From a virus (lineage: Duplodnaviria; Caudoviricetes): 64,000 nucleotides of DNA. Made by a program: the position numbers and the translations under genes. The stretch lies in the IMG/VR virus record IMGVR_UViG_3300013426_000018, positions 96,001-160,000 of that record; one strand, 5' to 3'. Below are positions 54,283-64,000 of this stretch, piece by piece. The stretch's first letter is position 1. The number at the start of each line of letters is the position of its first letter. The notes beneath the pieces are model-generated. The model was not told the origin of the DNA and did not search any database. It worked only from the letters and a program-made list of their open reading frames with translations.

Positions 54283-57200
54283 TTATTTGTTCCTCCTTTA
54301 TAGAAAGTCCAATTGAATAAACCAGCTTCTTGATCACCTCTTACGAAATACTAAAATAGCTAATAATTGCCAATTGTATCATCAATCTTAGAATACTTAT
54401 TACTATAAATAATAATATTCTAAAAACCTTGATCAAAGGTTCCTGTTATACCATAATTTTGGCTGAATAAGGCAGAAGGCTCTTGCCCAAGGGAGTTATA
54501 ATACTCAAAAGAAAGTAAAGAAGGTTTATCAGAACTCCCAAGCTATAGTGTCCATCCTTGCAACATATACTAACTATTAAAGGCATCTGGATTAGCGTAT
54601 CTTAATTCTCCGGGAATATATAACGTAACATTAGAATTAGTTGGACAAGAAAAAGCTCTGTTAAAAGCCTGCTATCCAACTATAAACATCTTTGAACTTA
54701 ACCCATGGTTTGGCTATGAATAAATTTCAGCATCTAACTCACAATTGACAAATGCTTTTGTATCAACAAATCTGATTGTATTTGGTGTAAAATCGAAATA
54801 CTTTAAATAAGATACTTGAGTTCCATAATTATCTATATGGGTTTGTTCATTCTCGAAAGCACTAGCTCCAATTTTTAAAATATTACTCTTTTCTTTCTCG
54901 CAGAATACATGAGTAATTTTCTGTTTATCTGCAAAATTGCTATCTACTAAAATAACTGTTGCAGTGACTTCATTTCCGGAAGTATCAATATAAGTACCAG
55001 TGGCAGGAAGTGTAATTTTACCCTATAAAATTAATCCAGGTTTAATTGAAATTGCACATCCTTTGAATCCACCTTCATAAGAAGGAGAAGGTACTCTATC
55101 ATTTCTATTTGAAAAGTAACTATTCATACTCAAATAGTAATCATCATCGGTATAGGTAGCTGGGGCAAAAGTAAACCATTCTGGATGAATAATGGTGCGA
55201 ACATCATTAAGTTTACGATATTTAGCATAAAATACCATGTCGCTCATAGAAATCATGCTCTCAATATCATCAAGCTTATCTCCACCATTAGTTAAACTAT
55301 ATCCTACAAAATCCCAAGTTTCATATAACCCCATATCAACGTCTTCAGGGTGATAAGGAATAGTATTAGGAGTTATTAAATTCTTACCATAATCAATCTA
55401 AAAAGATTCAATTTCACTATCATCATAATTTTTATAAATAATATTAAAGGCATGAATACGAAATATAGCATAATAAGTATAATCAAATTGATTCTCAGTA
55501 ATAACTTCTTCCCAAGCAGTACCTTTAGTATATTTTGGGGTCTTAGTATTCCTGTCTGTATCCCAACCCAAGAAATCATAATAATCTTTTTCAGGTTTAT
55601 ATAAAATCCAAGGGTCTTTAAAAGCAGTATTTCCTGCATTAAACTCTTCAATAGAAATTTTCTAAATAGAAGGCTAAGTTATATTAATATCTTTAAAACT
55701 AACATATTTTTCACTGTTGGTTCCAGCATCCCAAATAACAAACTTTGCACTATACCCTTTAGTAACTCTATTAACAAAAATTGTTAAATCTTGATATTTC
55801 TATTGTAAAGCATAAATGTCCCCTTCATCGATGGCCGTATCATTATCTATATAAATAATACCACTAATTATCGGCTTAGTTGAAGAAGTCTCTCCTTGGA
55901 AATGTGAATCCGTATCCTATAAAGCTACAAGCATATCAAAACTATCATTGTTTATCATTAAAGAATCCTCAAAATATCCTTCATTATAATAATACATTTG
56001 ACCGCTTAAAACTTTTCCAGTGAAATCTTTATCCGTAGAATAAGTATAAGATTCAAGCCCATAATGCCCATTGTCATAATAATATTTAGTACTGTTATTA
56101 GCGTCATAGATAGCTCCTTCAGTTAACTATTCATATGGACTCCAATTAATATCTTTCATAACAATAGTAGGAGATTTATCGGTATCTTTATAAGCTAAAT
56201 ATAATCTCTTTAATAACTTATAACTACCATAATGTAAAGAATCTTCACTAATTCTTAAAGACGTAATTGAAGAGTTCATTGCTCCTGAATAGATGTCTTC
56301 GCTACCTTCATTAAAATATCCTTCAAGATATAAACCTTGGGGAGGTATTGGACGACCGTCTTCTGAGACATTGTCATAATTAATCTATTTTTCTTTACTA
56401 GTAATTAAAATGGTTAAAGCATATGGATTAACAAGATTTAGTCCTGTCACAGAAGCAGGTAAATATAAAGTATTTAAAGCCGGAGACTCAGCAAATTTAA
56501 TACTTACAAGATTACTTGCACCAATAGCACGAAAATTCTCCAGTTTCTAAGATGCAGTTAAATCAACAACTTGCTCATTTTTAAAACCTAAATTACTTAA
56601 ATTCATTTCTTTAAGTAAGGGCATTGTCGCTAAAGACGTTTTACCAACATTATGATTATACCAAGTTTTTTTAATAGTCTAAGCATTATCTAAAAAATCT
56701 GTACTACTAGGAGCATCATGCCCAAGTTCAAACCGAATCATTTTATCAAATGAGCCATTCATCTCAATTTCTGCCCAGTATAAATTATATAGATTGCTTA
56801 TTTCAGACATTAAATTCATTCCATAAATATAGCATAACTATTCATGATAATTAGCTTTTGTAGCAAGTCCTAACCTCAATCCGCTCATTTCATACTAGAC
56901 AGTATTTATACCATCAAACTTTTGAGAGGGGTAATTAGTATCTTGGTCTTCACCAGCAATAACATAACTACTGCGAATAGGACGCATATTTATCCAATAC
57001 TCACCATCAAAATCATGTCTCTTAATTCCGTATTCTATATTATCCTACCAATAATTAGTAATTTTATCATCTGTATACTCACCAATCCAATTATCAGAAA
57101 TACTAGGATTAGAGGACATATCGTTAGCAGAAATACGACCAACAATACTATTAGTACCACCACGAGCATAATTACCTTGGCCCAACCAAGAATCAATATA

Positions 57201-60200
57201 ATCCATACGATTAGATAAGAATTGTTTTCTTGACTATTGTCTATCACCTTGAAGAGCATAGAAATAAGTACCATTATCAATTTCGTGATAAGCACCATTC
57301 CCTATATACCAACCAACTTTTAATTCATTAGCTTTTGAATTAGTAATAGTAATATATTTAAAATACATATCCAAATTGGTAGCAATTAAAGGCCTAATTC
57401 CGCGACAAGCAATATTATCAGTAATTTCTGGATCAAAATTATACCATTTTTCAATATTCTCAATAGAAGTTAAAGGAGCTTTATCAGTATTAATTTTATC
57501 AAAAACATTCTAATCAGTTCCTTTTAGATTCTTATAGGCAGCAAGGATATAAGAATCTTTAAAACAACTATAAAAATTATTCCATAAAACACTATCAGAT
57601 GTTGAAAAGTTATTCGCTTCAGTAGCATCAACATTAAATTCAAAAGAGGGGATACCAGAATTGTTAATTCCTAATTGAGTATCAATATCATAGAAAATAG
57701 GATACCAAATATACTCTCCACCCTCTTCTTGCGGACCCCAAGAAGCCATCATACAGTTTTTACCACGAGAATCATAACATTCAAAGAATTCAGTCATAAT
57801 GAAATAAACAGATAAATATTCCATATCAAAATGTTTATTTACTTCACTCTTGAATTTTGCAATACGATATTCTTTTGTCTCATGGGTATAAGAGATACCA
57901 TAATAAGTTACTGTAATTGGTTCATAATATAATCCCTAATTAAAGGCTTCCTCTGTAGGAGTTTCTACTTTCGTATAAGCATCAGATTTCTTTGGATTGC
58001 CATTTTCATCATACTAATGAGTTTTATTAATAAAAGTATAATATTCTTTAGATATATCAAATGCGCCACTTGCGGGAGCCATTATTTTATCACAGATTTT
58101 ATCTAGCTCTTCTTCATTTAAAGATATTAATTCATAATAATCAGAAATCTAGCTATCAAAAGAATCAGCATCAATTAATTGATAAAGATCATCAACTTTT
58201 TTATAATAAGTATTTTTCTTATAAAGATATTTTTCTTCACAGATATAAGCATTTCGATAAACGTCTTCATTTTCATCATACTCATAATATGTTTTTGAAG
58301 AATCGTAGCTTACAGCTGGAGTATATCCACCATTATCATTTTGCTCATAGAATTTACCTACAACAAAAATCTATTTACCAACAGGGGCTATTGAATAACC
58401 ACCTTGAGAAGGGACAGAAGACGTATCAGTGCTCCAAACCCATTGGCAAACTTTTTCCCAATTTCGATATAAATAGAGTAAATACTTACCGGCCTTAAGA
58501 GCTTCATTTGGATTTTCAGAATTAACCACTCCAGGAATAGGATAACCATTTTCTTCAGAAAGACCAAAATCTTTCTACATTCCAGTAATTGTGTCAGCAA
58601 GATCCTAGGGGTCTGCTGCAGCTGGATTCATTAAAACATCTAAATAATCTTCATTAGCATTGTATCGATATTCAAAATTATCTACGATATTTAAGCCCAT
58701 ATTTGCATTAAAACGACCATCTTTAGCATCTTCTTCCTTATCGCGTAAGAAAGAAAGTTTTACTCTATTCTGAGGATCTTTAAAAGAGCAATACTATCTA
58801 TTATTGGCTGAGAATTCCCAACATTCAGCGATATCTTTAACTTTAGCGTCTTTACCTTTAATAGTTTTTACATATTTGGTAGTAATCTTTTTATTTGGAC
58901 TGAAACCTAAAACATCATCACTACCCTTATCCAAAAGCATTCTATAATAGCCAATGAATAAATAACTACCATCGGTTCTCTTTTGGAACATCATAAGAGG
59001 GAAGCCCTCCATTGAAGTCCTATAATCATCCCAAACTATTCTATTTTTAATAGGACTATTTAAGTTTTCTGTCCCATCAAAAGCTTTTTTATCAATATAG
59101 TCTTTTAAAGGATGCTTAGTATAAGCATTGCCAGCCATATTAGCAAAACCTGCGTTATAAGATCCAGAAGATTCCATATAATCAACCTTAAGAGTCCATC
59201 TATCAGTAGCATTAGTATAATTATTTAAATACCAGCCATCATTTAAACGACATTCTTCATGACCATAATATTTGGGGTCTTCTTCTACTTTAGAAGATTC
59301 CTCAACATATTTATTAGCATAGGGGCCTCTATTCATATATATGCTTAGAAGACTTTCTTTTTCAAAAGTTCCACCCTCTGGTTTAGAAGCATCTTCTGTC
59401 CAAACGTCTACATCTTTACATTTAGTCTTTCCTTTAAAATTTTTTCTAGGATAAAACTAAGAAGAAGTTCCTTGTAAAGTTAAAGAAATTCTTTCCTTTT
59501 CTGGAATAGCTTCATCAATTAAATCCTCAGAAATAGTTGTTGTAAAAGAAGGACAATGGTGTTTATAATAAATTTTAACAGCTTCTTCAATTTTATCTCT
59601 ATTAGTTTCACTCTTTGAAATTAAACCATCATTTTTACATAAATCTTCAAGTTCACCATTTCGATAAGCAAGTTCCAAAGGAATATTAACGAATTCTGCT
59701 TTCACACAAATTGCGTTACCTGCTTTACTATAAGGTAAATCATCTGTCTTATTGACAGAAGTATCTAAAATCATATAGGGCATCAAATAAGTATTACTTA
59801 AATGAGTTTCGTTATAAGTATTTATTTTATTAAAATCTAGCTAATATTCACCCAATACATCATTACTTATGGCTAAAGACATAGTCTAATCATAAATTAC
59901 AACGTCTTTACGATCAACGGCATAATTAATACAAACGTCACTAATATCCAAAAAGTCATTATAAACTCTTAATTTATAAAGACTAATATCACAATTGTTT
60001 GAATTAAAAACAATTCTAGCATCTCTAATTTGGAAAGTTTCATTTTCCAAGCTATTCTTAATAACACCGGTAATAACACCATTGATAAAAATAAATAACA
60101 ATTTTAAGTAATAATTATATGAAAATGTTAAATTTATCATTTCCTTTTCGACAAAAGAAACACTTAAAGTATTCTATCCATTAGTAAAGAAAGTATCCTA

Positions 60201-62129
60201 TGTACCAATGCAAATACCAGTAGAACCAGTATATAAACTCATAACAAGATTTTTTGTATTTATAATTTTTAGGATATAATCAAAAAGTAAATTATCATAT
60301 TTAATGCCTTTAGGGTTTAAATTTTTTCCATTAGAATCTAACCAAGAGCTCTTGGATAAATTAGCCTATAGAAAAGCATCATAGTTATTATACTAAGTCT
60401 AATTCTAATCAATGAAAGCATTATACCAATCAGTATCTTTAAACTCTGGGTCGTCATCGCCTGTAGCAGCTGGGTCCTTGTATTTATATCTTGTAACATT
60501 TGTAACTAAATTAGAATAGTTCTAAATATTCGTTAATTTTAACTACACTTCAACAGTATTACTTAGTTCATTTGCGGTTGAGCCACTAAAAACAAGATTT
60601 CCAATAGGAATCTCCAAAGAAGCTCCATTAGAAATTTTTAAACTGGTTTGAATATCATCATCCCATTTGCCCCAGCCATTATTATGCCAGTTGAAATTAT
60701 TAAAACTAGCACTAATACCATTATTACTATACTTTTGTCTATTAGCTTTAGACTCATTATTAGAACGACCAGTAGGATCAAAATTAAATTTTAAAGCACT
60801 CTGTTTAATAATTTCCATAGGTCTTTCTGGGTCCCGTTCAATGGTAATAGTAAATTGACGAAATACATCGCCACAAATAATTTTATAAGTACTAACACCT
60901 AAACCCTCATAAGGGATTTCCCAATAAGTGTATTCAGTCATATTGGTAATATTAACTTCACCAATATTTGAATTATTTCTATTATAAATAATATGAACAC
61001 TATTCACATTGCTTGGATTATAGACCATATAAGGAATAGTAATAGTTTCGTAATTATAATATTTATTCTTAAAAGTTCCCATCCAAATGATAGGCGTAGA
61101 ATTGCCCTATTCATAAATAGGAATCTCATATTCCAAAGCTGGAATTTCAATGTTCTCATCTTTGACAGGAATGTCATAGGTTCCACTATTATAATGCAAT
61201 TGAATCTTAACTTTATGATATCCATGAGTACAATACTCAGAGGGAACTGTAATAAATTGGGTGCCAGACTCACTTGATTTTAAAGGAACTTCTTTAATAA
61301 TATCATCATCAAAATAATATGTTAAAATTTTCTAAAGATTACCTTCAACCACACAAGTCAAATTAACAGGATTATTTGCATTATATCTAATAGTTGAAGA
61401 AAATCCACTCGGATAATTTAAACTCAATGGAGAAGTCATTACAGTAAAAGATTTTACATTAGGCTTATCATGACCTTGGCTAGATAAAGTTAATGTAATT
61501 TCAGAAGTAGCAGATTCTCTTAACCCTTCTAACTCTACATAAGTTCTAACTTCATTATCAACAGTCATCTAACCCTGAATATATGGGGTATTGGTTGTTC
61601 CCAAAGAAGATTTAATAGCCACGCTCCAGCTTAAAGTCATTCTATCGTCTACTGGAACTCCATCTACTTTTGCAGCAACAGGTGTAAAATATATTTTCAA
61701 ACTTTGCCCATTAACCATATTCGCAGGAACGTCTTCAATATTTAATCGAGGTCTTAAATTATCTCCTCCACCACCGCCAGATAAAGCAAGAATTTCGCAA
61801 ATATAATACTCATCATTAGAATCAAGAACTTTGTAAAAAGTCCCATCAGCGTTAATAATAACATCATTTTCTTTTGGAGAGTCTTCTTTCTTTTCCATAG
61901 CACTTTTTGGAAAAAGATAATTCTTTGTTACAGCGTCTTCTTGAACAGTATCAGCATTTCCATAATAAATTGCGGCCCCTGAGCCACCTAAAGGGATACG
62001 TCTATCTTCGGTATCTAAATAAATTTTTCCGCTATCAGTAGCACAGTAAAAATATCCTTTAGTCAGTTCATGTTCAGCAATTTTTGCTTCTGTCCCTTGG
62101 ACTGGACGGAAAGAAACATTATTGTCCAT
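54279..62129 (-). CDS. Giant (~2616 aa) virion-type protein with CotH-kinase-like and LRR-like segments
   Basis: Eight track ORFs (61569, 61332, 60543, 59886, 59457, 58794, 57510, 55023) share one frame and end at TAGs. LQGTSS*FYPRKN, DYMESSGSYN, DSRGKN...WYPIFYDIDTQLG. Confidence 0.75.
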
Positions 62130-62263
62130 CCATAAATCTCCTTTCTATCCTTGTATAAAAAAAATGGGAGAGGATCACATAAAAATCCTCTCCCAAAGTG
62201 ATTTTTATTTCTTCATAAGAAATAAAAAGTTTTTTAGAAAAATTATTCTACTTTAACCAGAGA

Positions 62264-64000
62264 TTAGAAAGAACCCCACTCTAAATTCATAGTAATTGTA
62301 TTATTACTTGCCGCAATGTTTAAAGAGCTAGAGCTAATTTTAGCTTGAACCGTACCAGCGTTATTATTGCTAGAATCAGTTAAAGTATTAGAAATTGTAG
62401 CCACATTATTGCTTGCTGCAGTAGCACTACCAGATAATTTATAAGTAGTATTATTATCAGCAGGTAGAGTAAATACAGTAGTATCAATCTCAGAGAGGTG
62501 GCCAGTAGCATCTCTCTTAACTCCAGTAACAGCGGTAAAAGTTCCTTTAGCTGTTAAAGTCTTAGGATCTTGAGCAGTTGCAGCAAGGGTCGTATCATAG
62601 GCCGCATGATTTACAGTGATAGTCCCTTTAGAAGCATCATCTGCCATAGTAATCTTAGTACCAGGAACCAGCTTAATAGTACTAGAAGAACTGCTAGGAC
62701 CATTTAAAGTAATAGAATGATCAGTGCCAACTTTTAAGGTATGAGAAACATCCTGCGCAGAAGGCATCGTAATGGCAGTAGTTTCAACATTAGTAACATG
62801 GCCCTAAGCATTTACAGTTACGCCAGTAACAGCATTAAACTTACCACCGTAGCCAGACACAGCAGTTCCGGCAGAAGTGCCATTAGTTACATCGGCATGA
62901 CCAATAGTAATCTTGTTAGCAGAGCCAGTTACACTAGTAGCAGTACCAGCAGCTAAAGCGACAGATGTAGAGTCGCTACCAACACTGGGGGTTAAGGTAA
63001 TTGTAGTACTATTATTATTACCAATACTGTAATGAGTATCGGTATCATCACCAGAAGGGACATAAGTCCAAGCAAGATCACTGGTAATAACATCATTGGT
63101 TTCCGTACCAGTAGCAATTAGTAGATCACCAATTTTGCACGCATGAGAGCCGAAAGTACCCACAGCCGCAGCCATATAAGTATCACCAATAGCAACTCCG
63201 GAAGTAGGCAAATTCTTAGTAGCACCAGTGCTATCTTTATCGCCGACAGTCCCACGATAAACCATAGCATTAATACCATTAACTTTTTCATCAATCTGTG
63301 CTTTAGTATAGAAATCAATAGCACCTTGATTATAAACCTTGGTACCATTAACAGTCATATACAAAGCACCTTTAGAGGAACCTGTAACAGTATTATTGCT
63401 ACTATCGGTAACAGTAAAAGTTAAATCTCCAGAAGCATTAGCGGAAGCTGTAGCGCTCTTATTAGTGGTATTATTATCAGTGGGAAGAGTAACTTCTTGA
63501 GTGGTATAGCCAGTTAAATGTCCACCATCATCTCTGGTCATATCAGAAACAACAGTGAATTTACTACCATGAGTAGCACTAATAGCGGTCCCTTTGGTAG
63601 CTGTTAAAGCAGAATAAGTTTTATGAGTTGCTTTTACTCCATTAGTTGCATCAGCAGTTAAAGAAACATAACCATCACCAGCAACAGCAACAGAACCAGA
63701 AGCAGTAGAACCAGCGGTTAAATTTAACTTATTAGCAGCTGCACCAAAAGAGTACTTAGTGTCAACAGCAGAAATAGTAATATTATTGCTACCGTCATCA
63801 CTAATAGTAACATTGGAGCCCTACTTTAAAGTTACAGAGCTAGCTTTAGACCCAGCTCCAGAAACAGAAATAGTAGAACCACCGGTTACAGCTTTAGAGC
63901 CAATAGCAACTGCAACAGAGTTAGCAGTAGCAATATCGCTTGAGTTAATCTTAAAGCTCACCGGAATATCGGCTTTGGGAGTAGTATTATTATTCTTTTT
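62264..64000 (-). CDS. Tail fibre/adhesin-like repetitive protein (5' end outside window)
   Basis: Thr/Ser/Gly/Ala-rich repeats F..V.GV..D..GH(L/V)T.....T.P. Frame continuous through TAGs at 62804 and 63821. Confidence 0.7.

Noticed and set aside
50873-63424. Plus-strand track ORFs within the - arm (e.g. 52757-53185, 58061-58498)
   Set aside because: Antisense to continuous structural genes.
62264-64000. Diversity-generating retroelement target/template repeats in the tail fibre
   Set aside because: Repeats are protein-level only. I saw no adenine-specific near-identical pair and no reverse transcriptase in the window.

Overview
This is a 64 kb AT-rich segment of a large tailed phage. The host is probably a Firmicute (Clostridia-like): AAGGAG ribosome-binding sites, sigmaA-type promoters, DnaE, gyrase. 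The phage reads TAG as a sense codon, almost certainly Gln (genetic code 15), so the supplied ORF track is heavily fragmented. The + strand (1-48350) carries: an RNA cluster with two group-I-intron tRNAs, a tRNA-Lys with a whole tRNA-like element nested in its anticodon, and three related 'ACAGCAA' stem RNAs; a TROVE/Ro60-like vWA protein; PhoH; a lysis module; gyrB/gyrA, ligA, thyA and folA; SSB and an AAA recombinase; DnaB, primase, RecJ, a RecD/Dda-like helicase and DnaE; gmk, nrdD/nrdG, dUTPase and RuvC. The - strand (48370-64000) carries small conserved phage genes, an LL-H-type holin, baseplate/tail proteins and a ~2616-aa protein with a CotH-kinase-like motif. Core genes hold 13 group I introns (7 with homing endonucleases) and one intein, alongside free-standing endonucleases. 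The best candidate for an undescribed system is the RNA cluster plus the Ro60-like protein: Y-RNA-like repeats interleaved with split or nested tRNAs. All calls come from manual reading; no searches were run.
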